Origin: Eledone cirrhosa
Lineage: Eukaryota
Length of the DNA: 64,000 bases
Assembly (NCBI GenBank): GCA_964016885.1
Contig: OZ024752.1
Span: 24,242,001-24,306,000, forward strand
Direction of reading: 5' to 3'
Shown: piece by piece, positions 1 through 12,955 of the stretch
How positions within the stretch are numbered: the first letter of the stretch is position 1
Layout of the letters: each line of letters begins with the position of its first letter
Translations under genes and position numbers: made by a program
The notes under the pieces: generated by a model
Seen by the model: only the letters and a program-made list of their open reading frames with translations
Databases searched by the model: none
Told to the model about the DNA's origin: nothing

Positions 1-1278
1 GTGATATGGCTTGTCGCCTGTATGTATACGTTGGTGTCTAGTTAAGGTACTACTTTGAGAGAATGATTTACCACAGATCTCACAATGAAATGGCTCATCT
101 CCTGTATGTCTACGTTTGTGAGAAGTTAAAGTATAACTACGAGAAAATGATTCACCACAGATATCACAGTGATATGGTTTATCCCCTGTATGTATACGTT
201 TGTGGGTAGTTAAGTTACAACTATTAGAGAATGATTTACCACAGATATCACAGTGGTATGGTTTGTCTCCAGTATGTATACGTTTGTGGGAAGTTAAGTG
301 AGTACTATCAGAGAATGATTTCCCACAGATATCACAGTGATATGGCTTGTCTCCTGTATGTGTACGTTTGTGGCTAGTTATGTGACTACTTTGAGAGAAT
401 GATTTACCACAGATATCACAGTGATATGGTTTGTCTCCTGTATGTGTACGTTTGTGGCTAGTCTTGTGACCACTTTCAGAGAATGATTTACCACAGATAT
501 CACAGTGATATGGCTTGTCTCCTGTATGTATACGTTTGTGAGTAGTTAAGTTACTACTTATAAAAAATGATTTACCACAGATATCACAGTGGTATGGCTT
601 GTCTCCTGTATGTATACGTTTGTGAGAAGTTAAGTGACTACTATCAGAGAATGATTTCCCACAGAAATCACAGTGGTATGGTTTGTCCCCTGTATGTATA
701 CGTTTATGAGAAGTTAAGGTACTACTTTGAGAGAATGATTTACCACAGATATCACAGTGATATGGTTTGTCTCCTGTATGTATATGTATGTGTCTAGTTA
801 AGGTACTACTTTGAGAGAATGTTTTACCACAGATCGCACAAAGATATGGCTTCTCTCCTGTATGTCTACTTTTGTGAGTAGTTAAGTTACTACTTTGAGA
901 GAATGATTTATCACAGATATCACAGTGATATGGTTTGTCTCCTGTATGTATATGTTTGTGCTTAATTAAGCAACTACTTTCATAGAATGATTTACCACAG
1001 ATCTCACAATGATATGGCTCATCTCCTGTATGTATACGTTTGTGAGTAGTTATGGCACTACTTACAGAGAATGATTTACCACAGATATCATAGTGATATG
1101 TCCTCTCTCCTGTATGTATGCGTTTGTGGCTGGTTAAGGTACTACTTACAGAGAATGATTTATCACAGATATCACATTTATAGGGATTCTCTTCTCTAAC
1201 CTTTGTCATCTCACCAGGAATATTAAACACTTTAGATTGTGTTTCGCATTTAATCTTCTCATCCAATTTATTTTCCAT
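1..1278 (-). CDS. Tandem C2H2 (Kruppel-type) zinc-finger protein, 3' end outside window
   Basis: Manual minus-strand translation from ATG 1278: [58 protein letters not shown]... An 84-bp period gives about 14 fingers with HTG(D/E)KPYHC linkers. Finger 2 has C->Y (HYDIC). The frame appears open to base 1, so it is absent from the ORF track. A candidate splice acceptor (ttcag) lies at ~1376. Confidence 0.93.
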   Translation of the reverse strand, partial: MENKLDEKIKCETQSKVFNIPGEMTKVREENPYKCDICDKSFSVSSTLTSHKRIHTGERTYHYDICGKSFSVSSAITTHKRIHTGDEPYHCEICGKSFYESSCLIKHKHIHTGDKPYHCDICDKSFSQSSNLTTHKSRHTGEKPYLCAICGKTFSQSSTLTRHIHIHTGDKPYHCDICGKSFSQSSTLTSHKRIHTGDKPYHCDFCGKSFSDSSHLTSHKRIHTGDKPYHCDICGKSFFISSNLTTHKRIHTGDKPYHCDICGKSFSESGHKTSHKRTHTGDKPYHCDICGKSFSQSSHITSHKRTHTGDKPYHCDICGKSFSDSTHLTSHKRIHTGDKPYHCDICGKSFSNSCNLTTHKRIHTGDKPYHCDICGESFSRSYTLTSHKRRHTGDEPFHCEICGKSFSQSSTLTRHQRIHTGDKPYH

Positions 1279-1885
1279 AATGATTTTTTTCTTCAACAGA
1301 ATATAAAGATGTTTTTCTTGGAATATTTTTAATATTACATTCCATATTTCCCTCAACTGTGATTTGAGTTAATATCTGAAGATAATACAAACTTTTTCAT
1401 CCAAGTTTAGTAAAAATACAAAATCATCTCATAGTGAAGAAAATAAACTCAGTTTTGAGGAAATATTTCACAGTAATTGAACTATAGATTTATATAAACT
1501 GTGTTATATGAGTTCTGTATAAAACATTTTTGTCTTCAAATGATGGTAGATAGAGCTGATGTATCCAACATTGAAAATAATAATTTATCCGAATGTCATC
1601 TGTTATTCTGAAATGAAAAAGAAACAGTATGAGATAATAGAGAATACTTTAGAAGCAGAGATAGATTTAACAGTGGAAATTTTATATTTTTATATTGATA
1701 AACTGTAGATATCAACTTTCCTGTCCAGAGCAATTCTCCCCAATGTAAATTATATCTTTCTATCTCTTGGGAGGTCTGCTTCATGGCAGTTTAGCGAAAA
1801 ATTTATTTTTATAGGACTTTCTAACATAGCTAACATCTCTCCTGGTGACATGTCAACACTGGTTTAACATATACATATATATATA

Positions 1886-4800
1886 CACAGACGGACGCTC
1901 AGCGACAATGCCAAAGATAAAGACAAATTCACCTCGTGGACGAGAATGCGAGCACTCCTCTTTATTTCGACCGCGGACGGCTAACATAACCCCATCTTCC
2001 CCCGCTCCCCACCGCCCCCACCCTCCAAACGCAATCCAAAACTTCAGAGTTGGTACCATAAATGTAGGCACCTTAAAGGGTCGCGCTAACGAGGTTGTAG
2101 TAGAAATGCTCGAACGTAAGGAGGTCAATGTTTGTTGTATTCAAGAGACCAGGTGGAGGGGTGGGTCTGCTAGATTCATTGAGGGTAAAAAATGATGTTA
2201 TAAGCTTTTCTGGGTGGGAAACGACGATGGGCTGGGTGGAGTAGGAATCATGGTAGCAGAAAAGTGGGCAGATAAGATAATAGACGTAAATAGAGTGAAC
2301 GACAGAATAATTAAAATAAGACTTGTCCTCAATAGAACTACGGTGACAGTAATATCTGCGTACGCACCCCAATCCGGAGTGCCCGGCACTATAAAAGACA
2401 GATTCTATGAGACACTGATGCTCACTAACTCCCAAATAACCGACAGTGACTATATAATTATTGCAGGCAACCTAAATGGTCACGTTGGACAACATTGTGA
2501 CGGCTACGATGAAATCCATGGAGGCTATGGGTTTGGTACTAGAAATGAGGAAGGCTCCAGAATCCTGGAATTCTGTGACGCAAATAACCTAATTATCTGT
2601 AACACTAACTTCAAAAAACGTGACAATCACCTGATCACCTATAGATCCGGGGAACACACAAGCCAGGTAGATTATATCCTTACCAGAAGACGTGACAGAG
2701 TGTCTGTTGTAAACACTAAATCCCTCTCCCATGAAGAATGCACCTCCCAACATAGACTGATAATTAGCGACCTCATAGTCAGGACGAGACGTACTCGACA
2801 GCAGAAGAGGACTGTCCTCAGGAGAAAAATATGGAAGCTAAAGGACCCCACAGCCAGAAATAAATTTCAAAGCATATTACTTGATGCTTTCGACAGTAAG
2901 GAAGAGCATTTAGAGTCGGACAACATAGAGGGACAGTGGGAATTTCTGAAAGCAAACCTGCTGATGGCGGCAGACGAAGTCTGTGGCTGGAGCAGGCCTG
3001 TAGGCAGGAGGAGAGTAACATGGTGGTGGAACAGTAAGGTGGAGGGGTCAATTAAGGCCAAAAAGCAGGCTTGGAAAGTATGGCGGGATGGGGGAAGTAG
3101 AGAAGACTATCAAGTGGCCAGGAGGGAAGCTAGGAGACAAGTGTACTTCGCAAGAAGGGAAGCAGAGGAAAGAAAGTTCAAGCATGTTCTACAACGCGAG
3201 GACCAAAAACGTGAGGTGTTCAGGATTGCTAGGCAATGTGTCAAGGAAAACCGTGATATTGTCGGGGAGAAGTGTGTACTTAATCATGACGGCGTACTTG
3301 CCATCACCGACGCTGATAAGAAGGTAGCTTGGAAGTGTCACTATGAAAGGCTACTAAATGAGGAGAATAAATGGGAGAAAGACAGTCTCCCCCACATCGA
3401 CCCAATAGAGGGACCAGCAGTGTTAGTCGAGGGTAGTATAATAAGTAAGGCAATCAAGGATATGAAGACGGGTAAGGCGGCTGGGCCTTCGGAAATAGTT
3501 GCTGAGATGCTGAAGGCATCTGGCACGGTGGGACACACCATGGTCACCCGGATAGTTAACCAAGTCGTACAGAATGGGGTTGTTCCGAAGGACTGGCATA
3601 GCAGCATCATTGTTAACTGTTATAAGGGTAAAGGAGATGCCCTAGATAGGAGTAACTATAGAAGCATTAAATTAATCGACCAGGTCATGAAGGTCACGGA
3701 AAAAGTAATAGCGCAACTAATCAGAGAGAGAATTGACCTAGATGAAATGCAGTTCGGGTTTGTGTCAGGTAAAAGTACCACAGACGCTCTTTTCATTGTA
3801 CGACAACTACAGGAGAAGTACCTAGCTAAAGGTAAACCCCTCTACTTAGCTTTTGTCGACTTGGAGAAAGCCTTCGACAGAGTCCCCCGTTCCATTATCT
3901 GGTGGGCCCTTAGAAAACTAGGTGTCGACGAATGGCTTGTGAGAGCTATACAAGCCATGTATAAAGAAACAGTCAGCAAGGTTAGAATTAACAACGAATA
4001 TAGTGAAGAGTTTAGCGTAAAAGTTGGCGTCCATCAGGGCTCTGTTCTCAGCCCCCTACTATTTATTATTGCCCTTCAGGCTATAACAGAGGAGTTCAAG
4101 ACCGGCTGCCCATGGGAACTCCTATACGCAGACGACCTAACACTCATAGCTGAATCAATGGCCGAGCTAGAGAAGATATTCCAAACATCGAAGCACGGCC
4201 TAGAATCAAAAGGCCTTAAAATTAACCTGGCTAAGACTAAAGTTCTAGTTTGTAGGAAAGAAAATAAGGCGGCGGTCCCTTCCGGGAAATGGCCATGCTC
4301 AGTGTGTAGGAAAGGCGTAGGTAGAAACTCCATTTTATGTCCCAAATGCAAAGTATGGGTGCATAAAAGATGTAGTGGGATCACAGGTAAGCTAACTAAG
4401 AACATAGATTTTACATGTGGCCGGTGCTCTGGTGAAATAAGTAGCAGCAAGTGCCCACAAAATACTAGCTCTTACAACTGCGCAGAGGGCTCTATAGAAA
4501 TAGTGGACAGCTTCCGTTACCTGGGTGACAAAATCAGCAGTGGGGGAGGGTGCTCTGAAAGTACAGTAGCTAGAGTCAGAACTGGATGGAAAAAGTTCAG
4601 AGAGCTTATACCACTATTAGCCGCTAAAGGGTTCTCCCTAAAAATGAAAGGCAGGTTGTATGATGCCTGTATACGAACAGCAATGTTGCATGGCAGTGAG
4701 ACCTGGGCATTGTGTGCAGAGGATATACGCAGACTAGAGAGGAACGAAGCTTGCATGCTCCGCTGGATGTGTAATAGTAATATACGTGAACGGCAAAGCA

Positions 4801-5469
4801 TAAATGAACTAAGGAAAAAATTAGAAATAAGAGGGATCAGATGTTGTTTACTCGAGAGAAGGCTACGTTGGTATGGACACGTGATGCGCATGAAAGTCGA
4901 TAGCTGTATAACAAAGTGCAGGGCAATAAAGATAGACGGTAACCACTGAACAGGCAGACCTAGAAAAACCTGGGACGAGCTGATAAACTCCGACCTCACA
5001 CACTTACACCTCTCCAAGACAATGTCACTGGACCGAGACCTTTGGCGGTACTCAGTAATAGAGAAGACCCGCCTTACCTAAATACATAGTAAAACCTACT
5101 ACAGTCAGTAGGCATCTCTAACAAAATACACCCCCGTCCCACCACCCCATCCACACCACCCCCTTCTATGTAAAGTTATGTTGGTGCCACACCATCCAGG
5201 TCGAAACAAATGAGATCGTGTAGGTGTCACGACAAAAAAACATACAGTCCACGTTGTAATGTGGCCGTGTAGGCAACACGGTAAAAACCTCCCAGACCCA
5301 CACTGTAAATGTGGTTGGTGTTAGGAAGGGCATCCAACTGTAGAAAACCCGCCAGACAGTCCTATGCAAGCAAGACAATCACTCTTGCCTCAAGTGGGAA
5401 AACCCCCGTCCAAACCCATGCAAGCGTGGAACACGGACGTTAAACGTTGATGATGATGATGATGATGAT
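1886..5469 (+). mobile_element. RTE-clade LINE, near full length (copy 1)
   Basis: Single ORF with APE (GTINVGTL, CIQETRW, SAYAPQ, QVDYIL, SQHRL) and RT (FVDLEKAFD, GVHQGSVLSP, YADD). The ~390-bp 3' UTR ends in (GAT)n followed by (TA)n. Confidence 0.95.
1908..5081 (+). pseudogene. APE-RT ORF of RTE copy 1, disrupted
   Basis: ATG at 1908 (MPKIKTN), a frameshift or stop near 2195, and a premature TGA at 4947-4949 where sister copies read GGA. The natural stop is TAA 5079-5081 (compare the copies ending EKTRLT*). Confidence 0.88.
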
Positions 5470-5879
5470 ATATATATATATATACTAGTTAAAGTACCTG
5501 TCCTTTGGACGATTCAAGTAGCTTTCATTGTAGCTCATTGAACTAAACAAAGTAAATTTGAATACATAGAAGAAAAACATACTTTATGTAAACATGAAAA
5601 CCTTAGGCATATTTCAGCAAAATAATTAATATGTGAGCTTGGTGTCATCTGTTATACCATGTAACAACAAAAACCCAGTCTAGGTATAAATTTTTTTGAC
5701 AACAGTAAAAGTGCATCATGAAATAGAGAAGTGAAGTGAATAATAGACTCTTATGTACATAGGTTGGAATAACAATACAGATTGGACATATCAGTGGGGA
5801 ACTGATGGATGAGCAAATCATTATAAAAAGAGGTGGATGTTGGGTGGGAGCACTCATTGTCTTTTGGATTATTGAAGAG

Positions 5880-8800
5880 CAGATTTATACACAACATTTT
5901 TGGTTTTCACGCCAGGAGCATAAATAAATAGGTTGTCAGGATTACCAACTCGAGAACAGCCAACGTAAAACTGACCATGTGAATAGCAATGGGTTCAAAG
6001 ATCCAGACCAACAACTTTAAGAGATTGGCCTTGAGATTTGTTTATGGTCATTGCAAAACTAAGCTTGAGTGGGAATTGTAACCTTTTCATGGGAAATGGA
6101 CAATCAGAAGGGGTAAAAGGAATTTTGGGAATAAAAACAGATTCATTTCGCCCGGGCCCTCTGATTATTTCTGCCTCAATTTCAAGGTTCATCAGTTGCT
6201 TTACCACCAGTCTTGTTCCATTACAAAGAAAGGGGTGGGGGTTAAATTACGTAGCAGGATAACAGGAGCTCCAACTTTTAGATACAACTCGTGAGGAGGT
6301 AGTCCTGGAGGATCCTGAGGGTTAAGAAACTCTGTTGGGAAGTTGGTCACTTGATCAAAGTCTGTAACAGTGTCAACTGACTTGTAACAGCGTTGAATAG
6401 AGGGCAACTGACCAACTATTTCGTGATTGATCAGCTTAGCAGCAGCATTTGTGGGTGCAAGAATAGCCCTCTCACAAAGCCAATCAGGATTCATGAATTC
6501 AGTTGAAAGATTTGGATAAACTGAAGAACATAAGTCATCGGGCGTTGAGACTGAGCGGCCAATGGTAGAAGTGTCAATGTATCCATTGTCGTCAGACTCA
6601 AGTTGACCATCACCGATTTGGAGGAGTTGAGTGGAAAATGGCATAGACGGACGACCAGTTTGTAATAGCGATCGCATATTAATTGTTAGTTTTTGTACCT
6701 CAACAAACTGCCAAAAAGAGGACTTTTTTAAGCAGGTGTCCACTTCATCAGCAGGTGATTCATTTGGTACCACGGGAAGTGTCTGTCTGAAGTCACCTGT
6801 GAGAAGAAGAATGGCTCCTCCAAATATATTGTCATTAGATCTAAGATCTTTCATTGTGGCATCTAGTGCCTGAAGAGAGCCTTTAGGGGACATGGTTGCC
6901 TAATCCCACACAATTGGTTTACAGCTTTTCAACAGAGCAGCTTCGTCAGAACTATGTGAGATATTGCAGATGGGATTCTCTTGATGGACGACGTTCAGTG
7001 GCAGCTTGAAGATCGAGTGTGCTGTGTGCCCACCTTCTAAAAGAGTCGCATATATACCGGAAGAGGCAACAGCAAGTGCAATGTCGCCATTCTGCCTTAC
7101 CTTAGCAACAATAAGATTAAGCAGAAATGTTTTACCGGTCCCTCCAGGTGCATCTATGAAGATAATCCCGCCAGTATTGCTGTATACCTTGTTTAGAACG
7201 GATTTGTATGCAAATTCTTGATCTGGATTAAGGAGAGGCTCATTGAAAGCTACGTATTGTCGAAGCTTGGTTTTGTCGTAGCTGGTTTCTCTAAGGAAGA
7301 GTTGATTAAAAGTTTGCTGTTGGTTTCTATCCGGAGAAGGGAGGCAGTATGCCTCCAAACGTTGGCCTCCAATTGCCACAACAAAGTCCTCCAAGATAAT
7401 TAGACCAGCATTATACATAGAGGGGGTAAAAGCAGTGGTGGAATTTTCAGTAGCTTGATGGGTTTGAAGCCATATACCGTGGCACATGTGGTCCCTGTAT
7501 TTATTCCACAACAAAGGTGAATTAACAAAGTTGCAGAAAACCAGCATAATGGCGAATAGATACCGAAGCTTTGACGGAGAGACGCTTCCTCAAGTGTACT
7601 ATCATAATGGTTGTCCGTATCGATGAGTCCCCGTTTAAAGCAGGCGTCCTTGAATGTCTTGCATAACTGACCGTCCACTGTGCGAAGGGCTGCAAAGGAT
7701 GTTGGTCCACGTACAACGTGAAGCAGCAGTCGAAGATGGAAGCATTCGAAGGATGAACAGTATAGACGCATCCTATTGTGTCACTTTCCAAAATGGCAGG
7801 ATCTGAATCAATATGTCGGCCCTGTTTTCTTCTTTGCCATAAGCAAGTTGAGTGGTTCCAAGAATAATAATGAGGAACATCAACATACAGAAGAGTTTTT
7901 GCGTAAGAGTCAACCATACAGAGTTCGAAAAATGCAGTCAAAGTTGTCCTACATGGGGCAAGAACCTGTTGACGTAAGTTTTCTTCAGTGAAGTAAACTC
8001 TCTGCTTGTCCTCTAAGTGAACACTGAGATGTTGAATAGGGGGGAATCGCTTGTGTATAGCGAAACCAAATGTTCTCCAAACGGCCTCATTGGTTGAGAT
8101 ATAACGCCCTATTTGAAAGAGTTCTACCTCATCTGTTGGTGCAGCTGCTGTTCCTGTTTGTGCCACTTGAAAGACGGCTCTATCGGATCCCTTATTGATG
8201 TATTTGCAAACATAACGTATAGATTTAACTGAGTTACAATATTCAACGTTAATATGCGCATTAAATGTCTTGCATAGCATCTTGTTATGTGGAACAACCC
8301 ATTGATTGTCAATTGTAAATTCTCAGTTAGATCCATGTTTGATTGTTGCTGTGAAACCGCCATGTCCAGGAGCTCTTCTGCGATATAATGGGTAACCGTC
8401 GTTACCTGTGATCATCTCAGCCAAAAGCTTTCGTGGATATTTTTTAGTGCATTTTCCGTTTGCCAGGCATGAAGACGTAGAATTAAAGTGCCGACATGGC
8501 CCATGAACCATATTTTTTCGAATGATTTCGTACAATTTGGGGTCTTCATTGAGATTTGGAAATTCTGCACTTATGACTGTGTCCACGTCAGAAGGTCGAA
8601 GTTTGCTTTGTAGCCAGAGTAAGATGTGGGCGTGAGGTAGACCACGTTTTTGCCATTCAACAGTATACATAAAACATTTGATCGGCCCGAAAATTTCACC
8701 ACATTTAAACAAATCAATAATTTTACGAACTTTAAGATGAAAAACGCGAGCAGTGATATCATGGCGATCTGCTGGTCGTTGGCCCGGAAGTAAGCTCATT

Positions 8801-11305
8801 TGGATGTCCTCCCATTTGGGGTTACATGTGAACGTTATGAAAAGGTCAGGTCGGTTGTAAAGACGAACGTCTGTGAGAATGTCCTGCATCTTTTCATGCA
8901 TATACCTCGGGCCGGCTGTATATGACGATGGCAGGATGATTCGAATACCAACCTCAGAAGCAGTTACATTGTCATTGCTATTAACCTCGTCTCGAACGTT
9001 GGCATATTCATCTGCATGGAGCTGCTTTTGATTATGGCGAATCCAAAGAAGTCGTTCCGAGTCAATCTGTAAGGGTAAGGAATAGGATGTTTATGCAAAG
9101 ATTTTAATAAAAATTATAGGTACACATGATTCAAAGGGGAGTAAATCCTACCTTAGCATACATATCCACACAATACTGATTCAGAAGAGCCCCTGCTCTG
9201 CAAAGACTGTTGAAGTTGTTCGTTCTAACCATCAATCTGTAACTGTAGAAGTTCATCTGGGAAACCATTTTTGGAGGCTGTGCTGTTTGGTGTGTTGTAG
9301 GTACAATGGTAGGGATATCAGGACTGTATCCATCCTCTCCACAGGGAAAGAGTAAGGGGTATTGAAGGCCGTCATAGGCTGGATTTAATTCATTGATCCT
9401 CTTAACACGGGAGTCCTGCCACTCTAGGGTGATATCTCTTTTGGAAAGAGTTACATTGGGATTGCAAAGGAAAACAGCAACCTCCCCTGTTTCGGGTCGG
9501 TTGTAACAGTGGTGATGTTCTCCAACAGGAGTCCTGTCACTTCTAATAACAACCTTAAAGTTAACATTGTCTGCCCGGCGTCGTTAAATAGTCGTTTTAA
9601 ATTGGTTGATATACAGGTTGTGCTCATGAAACATTTCCTGAAGAGGTCCAAGAACAGCCGTGTATGTGCCTGGAGCAACAGCAGCCCTACGTGCAATTTT
9701 CTCTCTCTCTGGTCCCATGAAGTATATCTGAAGAAAATTATGATGAGAAGCATCTGTTGGTAGAAGAGAACCGATTAAATGGTACGTCTGTCCCTGAATG
9801 GTAAAAGTGGGATTAAAGTTTCCATAAGATATGGGCTTATGACCAAAACTTGTCATTTGAAATGCAGAATTGTATGCCCGTATTCGGTTCATGAAATCTT
9901 GAGAATATGGATGCTCACCAAGCAGAAGGGATTTTAAAGGCTATAGAGTTTCAGGGCTGTTGGGCAGACAAACCTTTCCATTTGAGCAGCATAGACCAAC
10001 AGGCTCTCCCGGCCAAGTTAGTGCTTTACAGTGTAGACAGATTTTGGACATACGGCCAATGGTAACATCTTTGTGGTCAGCATAATTTTCAGAGGGGTCA
10101 TAATGAAAGGCTTTAAAAACCTATCTATTCCTCGTAGGCTTTGGTGCACCAAGCAGAACAGCTTTATGATGCGCAATTGTTTGTAGTCAACTAGTCCTTT
10201 CAACCAATGTTTCAGAAGCTGTCGCAGCAGTCCGATAAGCACAATCGGAAACCTGGCGACGTATGCGTTGTTCAGCTGTCTCCGCAGCTCTTGAGGCCGC
10301 AGTCGCGACAGCATTGCGTTTTGTTCGAGTTGCACGCTGTTCAGGTGTCTCCGCAGCTCATGAGGCCGCAGTCACGACAGCATTGCGTTTTGTTCGAGTT
10401 GCACGCTGTTCAGGTGTCTCCGCAGCTCTTGAGGCAGCAGTCACGACAGCATTGTGTTTTGTTCGAGTTGCACGCTGTTCAGGTGTCTCCGCAGCTCTTG
10501 AGGCAGCAGTCACGACAGCATTGTGTTTTGTTCGAGTTGCACGCTGTTCAGGTGTCTCCGCAGCTCTTGAGGCAGCAGTCACGACAGCATTGTGTTTTGT
10601 TCGAGTTGCACGCTGTTCAGGTGTCTCCGCAGCTCTTGAGGCAGCAGTCACGACAGCATTGTGTTTTGTTCGAGTTGCATGCTGTTCAGGTGTCTCTGCA
10701 CCTCTTGAGGCAGCATTGCGTTTTGTTCGAGTTGCACTCTGTTCAGGTGTCTCCGCAGCTCTTGAGGCAGCAGTCACGACAGCATTGTGTTTTGTTCGAG
10801 TTGCACGCTGTTCAGGTGTCTCTGCACCTCTTGAGGCAGCATTGCGTTTTGTTCGAGTTGCACTCTGTTCAGGTGTCTCCGCAGCTCTGGAGGCAGCAGT
10901 TGCGGCAGCATTGTGTTTTGTTCGAGTTGCACGCTGTTCAGGTGTCTCTGCACCTCTTGAGGCAGCATTGCGTTTTGTTCGAGTTGCACTCTGTTCAGGT
11001 GTCTCCGCAGCTCTGGAGGCAGCAGTTGCGGCAGCATTCAGCACTAACTGAATAGCACGTTCCTCTGTAGACTCATTTGACCGTGAAGCAGCTGTGGTTT
11101 GTACATTTTATGCCATATAGGCCGCAAGTTTTTCTACTGAGTATCGCTGTGATGAATGCAAAGTATTGAGTCTTGCGTTGTAGGCAGCTAATGTGGATAA
11201 CCTAGTTGTCCTCTGCTCCTCAGTTTCATTAGCTCGACGCTGCTTTTCCTTAACCCCACCGGTCGACAATCTGCTGAGGCAACTTCTTTTTTTTCCACGA
11301 GGCAT
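5880..11305 (-). pseudogene. Helitron RepHel (Rep HUH nuclease + PIF1 helicase), multiple frameshifts/stops, one intron
   Basis: ORF fragments 11108-11341, 10358-11044, 9584-9892, 8323-8901, 7522-8280, 7400-7771, 6900-7547, 6201-6893 and 5995-6207 lie in the canonical order. A GT-AG intron at 9067-9151 joins YAK|IDSER. Confidence 0.9.
10265..11040 (-). repeat. Coding minisatellite (69-bp and 51-bp units) in the Helitron N-terminus, STPR-like peptide repeats
   Basis: Repeated RAAETPEQRATRTKHNAVVTAAS (23 aa) alternating with a 17-aa variant, all in frame. Confidence 0.85.
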
Positions 11306-12019
11306 CAAAACGAAATGTGTAAAGTAGACATGATATAACACAATCGAATGTAAAAATAAAGATTAATTGTAAAATGTATTTGAAGTACATGTAGCGGTAG
11401 AACGTTCCAAATGTACAGGGTATGTAAATTAATAACTAAATTATGTGTCGGAAACGTAGTCTAATCAATGCGAAAAAATAGAATAATTTTAAGTCTTTGA
11501 TGTATAAACCATCATTTAGATAAATTTAAGTATAATATTGTAAAAGTTATGACATTACTTAATGTATGAACACCAAGCTTGAAACGATAAATTATACAAT
11601 GTCAAATCTATAACTTAACTTAGTAATCTGTTAGAAATTGCTGGTTGTGAAATATACAAAATGATATTGTTAGTCTCAAGGAAGCGTATCTTTTGTTTCA
11701 AGTACAAAGAGTAAAGTAAAATCCAAATGGGCCGAATTGTAATAATCAAAATCCCAAAACAAAATTTTGACATCAAAAATGAGTTCCTATTGTATTGACG
11801 AAAGATAACTCTTGTCTTACTTAATCATGAAAATTGACACAAATATCGATTTTTGAAAGCCTTTGTAGATCATGTAAAGGTTTTGTGCAAGGAGAAGCTC
11901 TAAAAAATTTCAAAGAATTCGCATGAATGGTTTAGAATATATGAACCCTCATTAAAAATTGTCCACACACACACACACAGAAAACTTCAGCCTTATATAT
12001 ATACAGATACAGATATATC

Positions 12020-12546
12020 CACAGATGAAACAAAATATCATGAAAGATGAAGCACCTCAAAGGTCAATTACAAAAAAGATAGATGGCATGACATGCCTTG
12101 ACTATTGGAGTTGATTAGAAAAACTCAACCTTTATTCTCTACAACATTGCCATGAGCACTCCATGATATGGAAAATATTCCATCAGCATTGCCCAAATGA
12201 TGTTGGCATCACCTTTCATGTACACCCAAGGCTTGGCCCCCATGCTATCCGCCCACGACAAAAATCTCACTCGCATCTCATAACAATACGGCACAATTAT
12301 TTCACCTCAATTGGCCCCACCCTCTTTAACATGACACCAAAACACATTGAAACGGAAAAAGACCCTAAAAAGTCCAAGAAGTCTTTGGACAAATTCCTTC
12401 AAGAAATCCCAGATATGCCTCCGTAAACAATAACTCTCTACTTGAGGGGGCCATCTTGCCCAAATCCTGATTTGAAAGACTTCGCCAGGTGGTGCTATTA
12501 AGTTAGACATGGCCTGGGCCAATACTGGTCGAAACCTATCAAAGTT
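12020..12546 (+). mobile_element. Older 3' fragment of the CR1-group LINE family seen at 56032-60745
   Basis: Colinear with ~60180-60733 (HHCPNDVGI..HPRLGP..TIRHNYFTSIGP and the shared 3' UTR cgccaggtggtgctattaagttagacatggcctgggccaatactgg). Contains stops. Confidence 0.88.
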
Positions 12547-12573
12547 ACACACACATATATATATATATATATT

Positions 12574-12635
<62 letters not shown>

Positions 12636-12636
<1 letters not shown>

Positions 12637-12815
12637 CGGGTTGAATCGGGGGTAACCACAGTAAGTAAGGTACTCAATACATGGCAGAGTATAATTATTT
12701 AATATAGAAATCGCTTCTACAGGACTAGAACAGTTTCATTTGGAAGAAATCATCAGAAATCTTCCTGATGATTTCTCCTTAATCAAACAGTTCTAGTCCT
12801 GTAGAAGCCATTTAT
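12636..12815. mobile_element. Short palindromic Penelope-pLTR-like island with back-to-back hammerhead motifs
   Basis: Inverted arms 12709-12759 and 12761-12813, flanked by (TA)n/(CA)n. Each arm reads CUGAUGA..(G/C)AAA C(A/U)G-uucuaguc-CUG UA GAAG. Confidence 0.7.
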
Positions 12816-12824
12816 ATATATATA

Positions 12825-12944
12825 TAGAAAACTCGCCAGACAGTCCTATGCGAGCAAGACAACCACTCTTGCCTCAGGTGGGAAAACCCCCGTCCAAACC
12901 CATGCAAGCGTGGAACAGGGACGTTAAACGATGATGATGATGAT
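12825..12944 (+). mobile_element. RTE family 3'-terminal stub (~120 bp)
   Basis: Matches 5341-5469, has the (GAT)n tail and sits inside (TA)n. Confidence 0.9.
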
Positions 12945-12955
12945 ATATATATATA

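Larger units (their letters stand above)
5485..12007 (-). mobile_element. Autonomous-type Helitron, complete ends, decayed RepHel
   Basis: On the minus strand it starts A|TC at ~12007 (alternative 12013) and ends CTAG|T at 5485, with a subterminal GTCC-AAA-GGAC hairpin. It encodes Rep motifs (FITFTCNPKW, VEWQKRGLPHAHIL, YVCKY) and PIF1 helicase motifs (DAPGGTGKT, GDFRQTLPV, FAMTINKSQGQS). Confidence 0.93.

Noticed and set aside
567-797. 76-aa plus-strand ORF
   Set aside because: Antisense shadow of the zinc-finger array.
10207-11055. Plus-strand repeat ORFs (282 and 262 aa) and a CRISPR-like appearance
   Set aside because: Antisense frames of the Helitron peptide repeat. Units are contiguous with no unique spacers, and the context is eukaryotic.
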